From assembly GCA_963836755.1 (NCBI GenBank), contig CAWIKF010000001.1, forward strand, positions 576,001 through 640,000: DNA of 64,000 nucleotides, given 5' to 3'. A program made the position numbers and the translations under genes. Under the pieces are notes generated by a model that saw only the letters and a program-made list of their open reading frames with translations, searched no databases and was not told the origin of the DNA. Origin of the DNA: an uncultured Verrucomicrobiae bacterium. GTDB lineage: Bacteria > Verrucomicrobiota > Verrucomicrobiia > Chthoniobacterales > Chthoniobacteraceae. Positions 1 through 10,051 of the stretch are shown here, one piece after another. The stretch's first letter is position 1. Each line of letters starts with the position of its first letter.

Positions 1-748
1 GAATCTGCCAATGATCGCCGGCGTTGCGCACAAAGATCGCGCCGAGATCCACGGCCGCGAGTTTGTCGACTTTTGAGTTGCTCCAATAATATGCGGTGGG
101 CTGGTGGGGAGATTTCAGGTTTTTGAGCAACTCGTCGAATCGCGCCGCGATGCGCGGTTCCTCTGCGAGCAAACTTTTGAGCTCAGCGGGAATGCTGAAA
201 TTTTCTCCGCCGGTGACTGATGGCGGCAACGTGGCGAGTCCACCTGTGGCGAAATCGTGCAAGCGCGTGCGCAAAGCGTCCGCCCAAAATCGGCGCGCAT
301 CGCGCGGGTTTGCGGCGGCGCGGATGTTGGCGACCTCGGCTGCGCTGAGCTGGAGGCTGGAAGGATCGGCCATCGCCGCGAGCAGTCGTTTCATCGCGTC
401 GTTGTGCGGGTTGATTTTGATGGAGTCAAAGTTCGCATCGGCTTCCCCTTGAAAGGCGCGATATTGGAAAACATCGAGATCCTTGTGCGGCGCGGGATTC
501 CAAGTCGGGAGGGTTTGCGCGACTTTTGCCGCCGGTTGCGCGACGAAGTAAATCGCCTGGCTGGAGATGCCGCGGGCGAAGTTCATGGAAGTGTTTGTCT
601 GCGTGAGAATTTCGCCTTTGACCAGCGGCGCCGTATCGATTTTTCCAAAGGAGTCAAAGCGGGCGATGGCCGCGGGTGCATCATCGGCGCGCGCGATCAG
701 CGGGAAGATGGCGAGAAGGATTGCGACGGCGCGGAGAAGAAACTGCAT
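1..748 (-). CDS. Exported hypothetical protein, truncated by window edge
   Basis: Manual translation from ATG at 748 (MQFLLRAVAILLAIFPLIARADDAP...) stays open to position 1; signal-peptide-like N-terminus; absent from ORF track because the stop lies outside the window. Confidence 0.7.
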   Translation of the reverse strand, partial: MQFLLRAVAILLAIFPLIARADDAPAAIARFDSFGKIDTAPLVKGEILTQTNTSMNFARGISSQAIYFVAQPAAKVAQTLPTWNPAPHKDLDVFQYRAFQGEADANFDSIKINPHNDAMKRLLAAMADPSSLQLSAAEVANIRAAANPRDARRFWADALRTRLHDFATGGLATLPPSVTGGENFSIPAELKSLLAEEPRIAARFDELLKNLKSPHQPTAYYWSNSKVDKLAAVDLGAIFVRNAGDHWQI

Positions 749-814
749 TACGAATTTGTTAAAGTGGAGTGGCTGGCTTGACAACTCCCGAGCCGCTGGG
801 ACTACTCACATGCC

Positions 815-1708
815 ATGCGCGCAGCTTCGTCATGGCACGTCGATCTCGATGGCGCGTGGTCTCGCGGGGCGGCGCCGGGCGCGTTTTTTTTTGACGCGCG
901 GGAATGGGGCCCGGGCCTGCGCTACAGCACGACTCGCGGGCTGGTGAACGATTTTTACGAACACGTCGCTCCATCGATCTCGCCGTTCACGCTGTATGGC
1001 TCGGGCGATTTTCACTACCTGACGGCGCTTTGGCTGCGGCAGATCGAGGAGCCGTTCACGCTGGTCTCGTTTGACAATCATCCCGACTGGGACGTGCGCC
1101 CGCCGTATTGGTGCTGCGGGACGTGGATCAATCGCGCGCTCACGCTGCCGCAACTGCGGGACGTGGCGATCTGGGGTTGCGGGAATTTCGAGCTCGACTG
1201 GCCGAATCGGCTCTTTGCAAATCACGGCGCGTTGCGTGCAAACCGGCTTCAGGTCTGGCCTTGGGCCGCGCGCGTGTCAGCTTCGGCGCGAAAAAAATGG
1301 CCGGGGATCAACGACGAAGATTGGCGTCAAAAGTTTGAGACTTTTGCCGCGGCGCTCGCGGGCGGAAAAGTTTACGTGACCGTGGATTTCGATTGTCTGC
1401 GCGCGGAAGAGGCGACGACGAACTGGGAAAATGGCTTGTTCACGGCCGCAGGAATCGCGTGGGCTCTCGGGCGTTTGCGCCAGCACGCGGAAATTATCGG
1501 CGGCGATGTGTGCGGCGCGTATTCGCCAGCGCGTTACATCCGTTTTAAACAACGGATCGAAGCGAATCTCGATCATCCAAACATTGGGAACGTTGATTCC
1601 GAAGCTGCGGAGGGGCGGAATTTACGCGCGCTGCGGATGATCTGGCCGGCGTTAACTGGCCGAGACGAGAACCACGCCGAGGCTAATGAGCAAAACGCCA
1701 ATCCATAG
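815..1708 (+). CDS. Arginase/deacetylase-fold metallohydrolase
   Basis: GSGDFHY, FDNHPD and VDFD metal-binding-like motifs; 3' end overlaps the convergent transporter gene by 57 nt. Confidence 0.7.
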   Translation: MRAASSWHVDLDGAWSRGAAPGAFFFDAREWGPGLRYSTTRGLVNDFYEHVAPSISPFTLYGSGDFHYLTALWLRQIEEPFTLVSFDNHPDWDVRPPYWCCGTWINRALTLPQLRDVAIWGCGNFELDWPNRLFANHGALRANRLQVWPWAARVSASARKKWPGINDEDWRQKFETFAAALAGGKVYVTVDFDCLRAEEATTNWENGLFTAAGIAWALGRLRQHAEIIGGDVCGAYSPARYIRFKQRIEANLDHPNIGNVDSEAAEGRNLRALRMIWPALTGRDENHAEANEQNANP

Positions 1709-1993
1709 AGTGAGCGTCATTTTTTCTTTCAGGAAAATGGAGGCGGTAATGACGATCAAAATCGGGCTCAGCCCCTCGAACGGATAAAGATAGCTCAGAT
1801 TCCGAAACCTAGCCAGCAGTCCAAGCCAAACAAAGAACGCCAGCGCTTTCACCGCGATCCCGCTCATGAAAATGCCAAGAAATTTTGCCCGCGGCGTGCT
1901 TTCGGGCTGGCTCATGGCGTGTTTGAAAAAAATCTGTCCCGCCACGGAACTGCCTTCTGAAAGCAGGATGAGCAGGAATGCCGCCAGCGTCAC
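1652..1993 (-). CDS. SMR/EamA-type small membrane transporter (ArnE/ArnF-like)
   Basis: Four hydrophobic helices, LSYLYPF..L and FLKEK motifs; GTG start at 1993 overlaps upstream stop (GTGA). Confidence 0.75.
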   Translation of the reverse strand: MTLAAFLLILLSEGSSVAGQIFFKHAMSQPESTPRAKFLGIFMSGIAVKALAFFVWLGLLARFRNLSYLYPFEGLSPILIVITASIFLKEKMTLTLWIGVLLISLGVVLVSAS

Positions 1994-2418
1994 AGCCGGT
2001 CCTCGATCTTCATCAACGGCTTCGCGATGACCACAACGCCGACGATCACCAACAAAATACCTCCCCAGCGCAGCGGAGGAATATTTTCGCGGAAAAAAAT
2101 CCACGATGCGAGCGGGACGAGCGCATAACCCGCGCCCGTGAGGTTATAAGCAATATTCAGCGGCACGGAGCGCAAGGCATACAGCCATGAGACGAGGCTC
2201 GCGATCATCGCCAGGATGCCGAGCCAGACCCAGCCGGATTTCAGCCCGGTGAAGCCCAGAACCGCATCATGCACCGTTTCATCCGCTCCGCGTTTCATGA
2301 AAAGCTGCGACGCCGCGGAGAGCACGATGCTGATCGAGATCTGGACGTAGGGATTTACAAACCAATGAGCGCGGGCGGGAACGATTTCCGATGGAGGCTG
2401 AGTGTCGGGTGCCAACAT
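1990..2418 (-). CDS. SMR/EamA-type small membrane transporter (ArnE/ArnF-like)
   Basis: SQLFMKRG, WLYALRSVPLNIAY and FFRENIPPLRWGGILL motifs; tandem partner of 1652..1993. Confidence 0.8.
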   Translation of the reverse strand: MLAPDTQPPSEIVPARAHWFVNPYVQISISIVLSAASQLFMKRGADETVHDAVLGFTGLKSGWVWLGILAMIASLVSWLYALRSVPLNIAYNLTGAGYALVPLASWIFFRENIPPLRWGGILLVIVGVVVIAKPLMKIEDRL

Positions 2419-2488
2419 TTGAGCGGCCGAGTCTAGGAACGGCTGCGCGCTTTGTCCACCGCTTGCGCAACCGTGTGAAACGCGCTAA

Positions 2489-3394
2489 ATGCGGGGAATG
2501 AAGATGCTCGCGCACAAGACCGCCGACTGGATTCCCGTGACCTGCGCGCTCGCCCACGCGGCCTATCTGGTCGGTCTGTTCCTGATTTTCCCGCACACGC
2601 CGTGGTGGCTACTCTGCATCCTCGGTTTCATCTACTCGGTCAGCATTTCCTGGAACATTAACGGCATCGCTCACAACTTCATTCACAATCCGTATTTCCG
2701 ATGGGAGCCGCTGAACTACGCCTTTAGCTGGCTGCTCTCAGTCACGATGGGATTTTCGCAGCAGTTCTATGAGCTGATTCATAACCGTCATCATCAGGGC
2801 AATAGCGACCGGCCCGATGAGCATGGTGAAACTGCTGATCCGCTTTCCATTTATAAGCACGGGCATGATGGTGAGGCGGAAAGCGTCTGGACCTATACTT
2901 TTTTCGGCTACTTCCGCGACGATCCAAAGGCGATCTATCGCGACATTGCGAAGCGGCATCCTTTCAGCGCAAAGTTCGGGGTCTTTGAAATTGTCTCGTG
3001 GGTCCTGCTCGTGATCGCTTGCTTCCTACTGAACTGGAAGTTCATGCTTTTCTTTTTCCCGTTTTACTATTTCGGCCATTGCCTTTCCTACCTCAATGGC
3101 TACTTCCTTCACTACGGCGGAAATCCGGACGTGCCGCTCGCCTGGGGAGTGAGCAGCTATCACAAACTTTATAACTTAATCTGGTTCAACAACGGCTATC
3201 ACGCAGAGCATCATTACAAGCCAAAGGTTCACTGGACTGAGATGAGAGCCCTACATGAAAAGATCAAGGATGAGCAGCGCCGCGCGGGCGTTCGCGTAAT
3301 CAAGCCGCCGCACGCGCTCGCGTTTCTCGACCCGGATCTGCCGGCGAAAAGTCGCCCGCTAGCGCCAGACCTACAGGCCGCACGGCAGGCCTGA
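2489..3394 (+). CDS. Membrane fatty acid desaturase family protein
   Basis: Three His boxes (HNFIH, HNRHH, HAEHH) plus hydrophobic segments. Confidence 0.85.
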   Translation: MRGMKMLAHKTADWIPVTCALAHAAYLVGLFLIFPHTPWWLLCILGFIYSVSISWNINGIAHNFIHNPYFRWEPLNYAFSWLLSVTMGFSQQFYELIHNRHHQGNSDRPDEHGETADPLSIYKHGHDGEAESVWTYTFFGYFRDDPKAIYRDIAKRHPFSAKFGVFEIVSWVLLVIACFLLNWKFMLFFFPFYYFGHCLSYLNGYFLHYGGNPDVPLAWGVSSYHKLYNLIWFNNGYHAEHHYKPKVHWTEMRALHEKIKDEQRRAGVRVIKPPHALAFLDPDLPAKSRPLAPDLQAARQA

Positions 3395-3402
3395 GCTGCG
3401 AG

Positions 3403-4608
3403 CTAGAGTTCATGCGCGTTGTGAAAACGCTGAATCGTCGCGTCGTGACGAGTAGGTTCCAGATATTGGATCGCAATCTTAAAAAGAGGATTGAATAACG
3501 GCGACGTGTGCCGCGCGTAAAGGTCTTGCGGAGCCAGATCCAAACGTAGGTGCAATTTTGGATCGTAGTTCAAAGGCCCCGTGTGGTAGCGCTTCAACCC
3601 ATGTTCCATTGCCCATTGGACGACATCGCGCCACGTGACGAAATACATCTGCAAGTCGAGAGAAACGGCATAGTCCATTCCAACATTCAAATCGTAGATG
3701 GTATCCTCATGCACAAGGCACAAGTTGAAGGCAATGATTCGTCCGTTTTGCCTCCACAAAAAGTAGCGCACGCGGTCAGGCATCCTTTGGCCAAGCATGC
3801 ATAAATATTCGCGCGTCAACTCCTCGAATTGAAACTCGGAGCGCTGAAAAGTTTGGAGGTATAACGAATATATGTCATCGACGATCGGTGTGACATCGGA
3901 AACTACTTCCATCGTAAGCTCCACATCCTTGGTTTCCCTCAACTTTCGACGAAGGTTTTTGCGAAAGACTTTTCCGAGCTTGCGCTGCATATAGTCTTCG
4001 AAGCTGGTGAACTCAAGATCAAGCTTCGCTGCCGGCATGCTGGGAACCCGCTTGTAGTCGTTGTCTAAGAACGTCGCCAGTGCCGAACGATAATCCGAGG
4101 GAAAGTCCTTCAAGAGAATGATCGAGGCCTTTCCCCGCGCATAGCTATTCATGGCTTCATGCAAGGCCTCGACGGCCCATAATTCGGTGCTATCGAGCTG
4201 CCCCTCACCGGCCGCACAACCAACCATCATCATTTTCAGGCTTAGGAAACGCGGCCAGATTTTACGTGCCATTCCTACGATCTTCCGCAGACTCTTTGGC
4301 AACCCAACAGTGAGATCTTGAACCACGAAGAAGAAAGGCTGGATGGTCACCGCGCCCGAGCGATCGTTTTCTAAAATGAAGTAACGGTAGTCGAACTGCG
4401 GCAGAGTCTCTTCGACCGTCTCGTAATAACGATAGTCCTTTGCATGGCCGGAAAGAAGCCGCATCCAGCACTCTGGACGGATTTGTTTCGAGGAAGCGAC
4501 CACATGCGCCATCCCATGCTTCGTCTTGATTGATGTCGATTTTCCTTGCAACGAGTCGCTGCCTGCGGGGAGGCAGGAAAGCAGCGAAGATTCAAATGCG
4601 GATTCCAT
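3403..4608 (-). CDS. GNAT/FemAB-like acyltransferase
   Basis: SFEDYMQRKLGKVFRKNLRRK, IYSLYLQT and YDPKLHL pattern of double-GNAT proteins; true start may be at MAHVV. Confidence 0.7.
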   Translation of the reverse strand: MESAFESSLLSCLPAGSDSLQGKSTSIKTKHGMAHVVASSKQIRPECWMRLLSGHAKDYRYYETVEETLPQFDYRYFILENDRSGAVTIQPFFFVVQDLTVGLPKSLRKIVGMARKIWPRFLSLKMMMVGCAAGEGQLDSTELWAVEALHEAMNSYARGKASIILLKDFPSDYRSALATFLDNDYKRVPSMPAAKLDLEFTSFEDYMQRKLGKVFRKNLRRKLRETKDVELTMEVVSDVTPIVDDIYSLYLQTFQRSEFQFEELTREYLCMLGQRMPDRVRYFLWRQNGRIIAFNLCLVHEDTIYDLNVGMDYAVSLDLQMYFVTWRDVVQWAMEHGLKRYHTGPLNYDPKLHLRLDLAPQDLYARHTSPLFNPLFKIAIQYLEPTRHDATIQRFHNAHEL

Positions 4609-4683
4609 GAAGAGATAACAACTCGTCTACGATCTTCTTTGCGTCTTTCAGGCCAATTACACAGAAATTAAACTACAATGAAT

Positions 4684-5865
4684 TCACTCTTGGATTCGCT
4701 GCAGCAGAACTCCTGCGCCGGCGCATGTGAACAGTGCTCCCAAGGCTAGAAAGACGATGTCACCCATGATGTAGGTGATCGGGGCATTATGCATATTGAT
4801 CAATCGAAAGGCGTGGCAAAAGTGAGTGAGCGGAAATGTTTGGGAAATAACTCGAATTGCAGACGGCAGTTGCTCAAGTGGAGCAAAAGCACCTGAAAGC
4901 GGAAAGACGGGCAGGAGATAGAAAACCGCGAGCTGAATCGCCTGTGTCTGGGTGTGGCAGAAAGCGGAAATCAATAAGCCAAGACCTAGCGAACAACACA
5001 GGAAGAGAAAGCAGATGAGACCTAGAATCATAGGCTGTCGAAATGCCGTATGGAAGTGAAAGTAGGCGACAGCAATGGTAGTCGCTATCAGGAACAAGGA
5101 GAGGACCAGGTAAGGAAATACCTTGCCTATAACAATCTCACTGCGGCGCAATGAAGTGACCATCAGTTGATACAGTGTTCCTGACTCCCGCTCACGAGCG
5201 ATTGTGCAAGCCATCAAAGTAACCGTGAGAAGTTGCAGGATGAGACCTATGATCCCGGGGATTACGTAGTCGATGAATCTTTGCTGCGGGTTGTATAAGA
5301 CCGTAGTCTGGACGGTCCACGGATCCATTGCCGAGACAAACTCCTGACGCACCCCTTCCGGCAGCTTCTTTGCCATGTCGAAAACCTCCAGCGGGAGTTG
5401 ATCAATCATCTCCTGACGCGACTGCAGTTGAAAGTCTCCCAGCGCAGCCTGCAAAGCTCCTGTGACCTGGTCGCCAGTGGTCGTGTCGCTACCATCGACG
5501 AATAGCTGGAGTGGTTGTGGGTTGCCGTTGTTTAAACCTTGTCCCCAGCCTTTGGGTATGACAAGACTTGCCTGCACTTTTTCCCGCAACAGATCCGGAG
5601 TAGTTGTGCTCGGAGGCCTAGCCCGGAGCGAGAAGGTGTTGTTGGTCGAAAGGGCTTGAATCAGCTTTTCGCTCTCGGAACTTTGATCCCGATCTTCGTA
5701 AGATGTCGGCACATCTGTTAGAGCTGTGACTTCAAAGGCGTGGCCGAACATTAACGTCAACAATGGTGGAAGTAGAATGACCAGCACCATGATTCGCCGA
5801 TCGCGCACGATGTGCAGAAGCTCTTTATAGGCGACGCTGGCGATGCCGAAGAGGCTTTGTTTCAT
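4684..5865 (-). CDS. ABC-2 type transporter permease (YbhS/R-like)
   Basis: KELLHIVRDRR N-terminus, IARERESGT, LSGAFAPLE and PLTHF motifs. Confidence 0.9.
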   Translation of the reverse strand: MKQSLFGIASVAYKELLHIVRDRRIMVLVILLPPLLTLMFGHAFEVTALTDVPTSYEDRDQSSESEKLIQALSTNNTFSLRARPPSTTTPDLLREKVQASLVIPKGWGQGLNNGNPQPLQLFVDGSDTTTGDQVTGALQAALGDFQLQSRQEMIDQLPLEVFDMAKKLPEGVRQEFVSAMDPWTVQTTVLYNPQQRFIDYVIPGIIGLILQLLTVTLMACTIARERESGTLYQLMVTSLRRSEIVIGKVFPYLVLSLFLIATTIAVAYFHFHTAFRQPMILGLICFLFLCCSLGLGLLISAFCHTQTQAIQLAVFYLLPVFPLSGAFAPLEQLPSAIRVISQTFPLTHFCHAFRLINMHNAPITYIMGDIVFLALGALFTCAGAGVLLQRIQE

Positions 5866-6806
5866 CTCAGCCTTAGCATTCCTGCATAGCCTTGTGAGTA
5901 GGCTTTAAAAACGTCCTCCATATCAGCATCCACCCAGCGGTGACCTTGCCATGCGATGTCAGCGAAAGGCCATGCATTTTGCCAGCTTGCGAGTAATCTT
6001 TCGGGCTCGGCCGAGTAGATGCGCGCCCTGCCGCTCCGCAAAGATACTCCCAAGACACCTTCTGTCTCTCGCAATTGCACCAACGCCGGCATGACTGGCT
6101 CGACCTGCATCTCCAAAAGCTTACTCGCGATGCCTTCCTTGAGTTGCTGCGGAGAATCCTTCACCAGCAATCGGCCTTTGTGCAGGAACCCTACTTCTGT
6201 GCAACGTTCTGCTTCGTCCATGTAGTGGGTCGTGACAAAGATGGTGGTTCCTTGGTGACTTAGATCGTAAAGCAAATCCCACATCTGCTGGCGATGCACC
6301 GGATCGAGACCGGACGTTGGCTCATCGAGAAAAAGTAGCAGCGGCTTGTGGATCAATGCGCAAGCAACTGCGAGAAGCTGCTTCATTCCGCCCGAAAGGC
6401 TTCCGGCTTTCTCCGTCCGCTTTCCCTCGAGGTCTGTAAGGCGTAAAAGTTCAGCGACGCGGCTGTCGATCTCGTCGCGAGGAACATGGTAGGCGCCGCC
6501 AAAAAAGCGGAGATTTTCCAGCACAGTCAGTTCAGGATAGAGGCTGAATTTTTGGGCGACGTAGCCAAACTTTTCGCGGATGGAATAGCGGTCGCGCCAG
6601 ATCTCGCTGCCGCCGATAAAGCCTTGGCCACTGGTTGGTTTGGTAAGGCCGCAGAGCATCCGCATCGTGGTAGTTTTACCGGCGCCATTTGCGCCGAGAA
6701 ATCCGAATATTTCCCCCGCCGAGATCGAGAGCGAAATGCCATCGACTGCCGCGGTCGTGCCGTAGTTTTTCCTCAACTGCTCCAGAACGATGATCGGCTT
6801 GCTCAT
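5862..6806 (-). CDS. ABC transporter ATP-binding protein
   Basis: Walker A GANGAGKTT, signature LSGGMKQ, Walker B LFLDEPT, H-loop TTHY. Confidence 0.95.
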   Translation of the reverse strand: MSKPIIVLEQLRKNYGTTAAVDGISLSISAGEIFGFLGANGAGKTTTMRMLCGLTKPTSGQGFIGGSEIWRDRYSIREKFGYVAQKFSLYPELTVLENLRFFGGAYHVPRDEIDSRVAELLRLTDLEGKRTEKAGSLSGGMKQLLAVACALIHKPLLLFLDEPTSGLDPVHRQQMWDLLYDLSHQGTTIFVTTHYMDEAERCTEVGFLHKGRLLVKDSPQQLKEGIASKLLEMQVEPVMPALVQLRETEGVLGVSLRSGRARIYSAEPERLLASWQNAWPFADIAWQGHRWVDADMEDVFKAYSQGYAGMLRLR

Positions 6807-6932
6807 GAAAGGCGCGGCAGTGATAGCAAAGTTTGGCGCAAACGCAACGCGCGCAGGAAAGGTCGGTGCGACGTTGAGGAAGCGCCCGCAGTTTGTGCAG
6901 CGCGGCCTGAAGATTAGATCAGTCGAACCCGC

Positions 6933-7862
6933 TTAGAAAGGGAACGTCGCAGCAAGCCGGATGTAAGGCGCGCCTTGTGTTTCCTGAATGATGTCGGGGC
7001 GATAGAAATCAAACTTCCGCGCAAAGGCATAACCCGCGGTGAATTCGACTTCCATCCATTTCCAGCCGAAGTAATGCACGCCGCCGCCGGCACGCAGTTC
7101 ATAGTATTCGACTGGAGTGTGATTGAGATTCTTTGCCCCTTCGTCGGTGCGGCTATCATTGCGGAACGAGCCGCCGTAGATCTCGCCGCCGCCCCAGATT
7201 TCCCAGTCGTCGGAAATTTTGTAAACAAGCTTCGGCTCGGGCAGGTAAGCGCGCAGATCCCATTTTTCATTGATGTGCCAGAGCACGCCGGCGATCGGCA
7301 GCACGGGATATTCGCGCAGGAGCGACATGGTGACGCCGCCGATGAGGTAAAATTTGTCCTGCACCACCGGATACGCGAGCACGATATTCGTCGGCGCATC
7401 GAACGCATCGTATCGAATGTCATGCGCGACATAAAGGCCGGGCTTGCTTTCGATGAAAAAGCCCATGTTTTTCCCGACCCAGTATTCGAGCGCGATCACT
7501 CCGGCGTAGCTCGAAAGCGTGTTCGGCGCGAGTGAGCGGTTGTTGCCAAAGTCGTAGCGATTCCATTCGATCCCGAGCTTCAGATACCAGTTGCCGCTCA
7601 ATGGAATCCTGTGCGTCAGCTCTACGTCGTAATGCCAGGTGTTCGTGTTGTCGTTCGACTTCTCGTGTTCACTGCGACCCTTGTGCTTTTTGAATTCGCT
7701 TTGAAAGGTTTGATCGCCCTGCACTCGCAATTCATTGATCGGCACCAAGCTTCGCAAATCCGGCGCCGATTGTTTGAAATCAACCGTCGGCCCGGCAAAA
7801 AGCGGCATCACGCCGATGGTGAGGAAAAAGAAAAGAGAAGCGGAGGCGGATCGGTTTTTCAT
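6933..7862 (-). CDS. Putative outer-membrane beta-barrel protein
   Basis: Signal peptide, alternating aromatic beta-strand pattern, C-terminal Phe (LAATFPF). Confidence 0.65.
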   Translation of the reverse strand: MKNRSASASLFFFLTIGVMPLFAGPTVDFKQSAPDLRSLVPINELRVQGDQTFQSEFKKHKGRSEHEKSNDNTNTWHYDVELTHRIPLSGNWYLKLGIEWNRYDFGNNRSLAPNTLSSYAGVIALEYWVGKNMGFFIESKPGLYVAHDIRYDAFDAPTNIVLAYPVVQDKFYLIGGVTMSLLREYPVLPIAGVLWHINEKWDLRAYLPEPKLVYKISDDWEIWGGGEIYGGSFRNDSRTDEGAKNLNHTPVEYYELRAGGGVHYFGWKWMEVEFTAGYAFARKFDFYRPDIIQETQGAPYIRLAATFPF

Positions 7863-8059
7863 GATTCGGCGCGAACGCTAGTAAAATCTGCCGAGCTTGT
7901 ATAGTCGATTTATAGAAATTTCTAGCGATGAAGTGCGCTCCGTGTCTGCTCGCCGCGGCGGAGTTTGGAAGAGATTGCGGGCACGCGGAAAAATATCGCC
8001 GCCGCGATGCGGACTACGAATGAAAGCAACGTGACAGCAACGTCACGCCGCTCGCCGTT

Positions 8060-10033
8060 CTACGTGCAGCGGAAAAAACTCGGCCGATGGAAAATTCCCG
8101 CGCGATAGTTCGCAACAGTCGCGAGCGCGAGCAGCGGGAAATTGTTCCGATACATGTCGTATTTCAAATAAAACACGCGCGGAAAACCGGTGCCGGTCGT
8201 CTCCGGCTCCGTCCATGAACCGTCGCGATTTTGCGTGCGGACGAGGTAGTCAATGCCACGCTGCAAACAGCGCGAATGCGGATCGCCGGCCGCGCAGAGA
8301 CCCATGATCGCCCACGAAGTTTGTGATGCGGTGCTCGGGCCTTTGCCTTTGAGCGACGGGTCGTCGTAAGTCGCGCAAGTTTCACCCCAGCCGCCGTCGT
8401 CATTCTGACAGCTCTCGATCCATTCCTTCGCGCGCACGATCCAATCCTGCCGCATATCTTCGCCGATCGCCCGCAGCCCGCGGAGCACCTGCCATGTGCC
8501 GTAAATGTAATTGACGCCCCAGCGGCCATACCACGAGCCATCATCCTCCTGCGTTTCTTTTAAAAATTGCAGCGCGCGCTGCACGCGGAGATCGGCGCGA
8601 TCGAAACCGATGTAACCGAGCAGCTCGAGCGTGCGGCCGGTGAGATCGCTGCAGGTCGGATCGAGAATGGCGTTGTGATCGGCAAAAGGAACATCCTCGA
8701 GCCAGCGCTTCGTGATGTCTTTGTCGAATGCCGCCCAGCCGCCGTCGCGGCATTGGAAACTCAGCAGCCACTCGAGCGCGCGATTGAACAGCTGGCCGTA
8801 TTTCTCGCGGTCACGCGGACTGACCAGGCGCAGGCCGATGAGCACCATCGCGGTGTCATCGGTATCGGGATAAAACACGTTGTTAAACTCGAAAGCCCAG
8901 CCGCTTGACTCGTGGTGCGGATTCTTGCGGCGCCAATCGCCCGGCACGCGCACCTCTTTTTCCTCGAGCCAGCCAAGCGCGCGCTGGAGCGCGGCGTGCG
9001 ACGGATCGAGGCCGGACTCGCCGAGCGCGATGATGTTGATCGCAGTGTCCCAGACCGGCGAGAGGCACGGCTGGATGCGGAAGTCCTCCGGATCATCCAC
9101 GAACAATCCGGCGAAATCGTTTTTCGCTTTTTGCAAAGTCGGATCGTCGTCCGGCGTGCCGAGTGATTGCAGCGCGATGATGGAATTGAGCATCGCCGGA
9201 AAGACCGTCGCGAGCCCGTCCGAGCCGGCGCCCATTCGCTCCGTCATCCATTCCTTTGCCTTGCGCAATGCGTGCTGGCGGAAAGGTTGCAGCGTCGTCG
9301 TGTCGAGCACGCGGAATGTCTCGGTGGCGGTGAGGAAAAAGTTTCGCCACGTAAAAAAATGCTCATCGCGTGGCATCGAGAGATTTTTTTGCTCGGTGCC
9401 CGCAGGATACAATTCGTGGAGATGCTTTTCGGCAGGAAGCTGCCGCGTCGGCTTGAGATGATTGATGATCGCGAGCGGCATCAGCATCGCGCGACTCCAC
9501 GACGACATCTCGTAGATGTTGAAGAAAAACCAATCGGGCAAAAGGACCAGCTCGACTGGAATCGCCGGCAAATATTTCCACGGAAATTGTCCCAGCAACG
9601 CGAGGTAAAGTTTCGCGTAAGTATTCATGCGCGGGATGCCGCCGAGGCGCAAAATCGCCGCACGCGCTTCTTGCATCCACGGCGAACTTTGCGCGTGCCC
9701 GGCAAGTTTTAATGCGAAGTAAGCTTTGACCGACGCATTGATTTCGCCCGGGCCGCCTTCGTAGATATTCCAGCCGCCATCGGTCAACTGCCGGCGTCGG
9801 ATGTGTTGCACACATTTTTCCTGCAGCACCGGATCGACCGCGTCCGCCCAATGCATGTAAAGCACGTAATCCGAGCAGAGCGTCGAATCGACCATCAGCT
9901 CGCCAACCCAGTAGCCATCAGGGTTCTGGAGGCGCAGCAGATTTCCCTGCGCGAGGCGAATCGCCTCATTCAGCTGCCCGGCGGCGCGCTCAGCTACGGC
10001 GCCACGGAGATGCAAAGATTCCACGTTCATCAC
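8060..10033 (-). CDS. shc: Squalene-hopene cyclase
   Basis: Catalytic DTDDTA (DxDD), several QW repeats (QEDDGSWYGRWGVNYIYGT), SPVWDT, GTGFPRVFYL. Confidence 0.97.
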   Translation of the reverse strand: MMNVESLHLRGAVAERAAGQLNEAIRLAQGNLLRLQNPDGYWVGELMVDSTLCSDYVLYMHWADAVDPVLQEKCVQHIRRRQLTDGGWNIYEGGPGEINASVKAYFALKLAGHAQSSPWMQEARAAILRLGGIPRMNTYAKLYLALLGQFPWKYLPAIPVELVLLPDWFFFNIYEMSSWSRAMLMPLAIINHLKPTRQLPAEKHLHELYPAGTEQKNLSMPRDEHFFTWRNFFLTATETFRVLDTTTLQPFRQHALRKAKEWMTERMGAGSDGLATVFPAMLNSIIALQSLGTPDDDPTLQKAKNDFAGLFVDDPEDFRIQPCLSPVWDTAINIIALGESGLDPSHAALQRALGWLEEKEVRVPGDWRRKNPHHESSGWAFEFNNVFYPDTDDTAMVLIGLRLVSPRDREKYGQLFNRALEWLLSFQCRDGGWAAFDKDITKRWLEDVPFADHNAILDPTCSDLTGRTLELLGYIGFDRADLRVQRALQFLKETQEDDGSWYGRWGVNYIYGTWQVLRGLRAIGEDMRQDWIVRAKEWIESCQNDDGGWGETCATYDDPSLKGKGPSTASQTSWAIMGLCAAGDPHSRCLQRGIDYLVRTQNRDGSWTEPETTGTGFPRVFYLKYDMYRNNFPLLALATVANYRAGIFHRPSFFRCT

Positions 10034-10051
10034 GCAACGGATGGACGAGAA

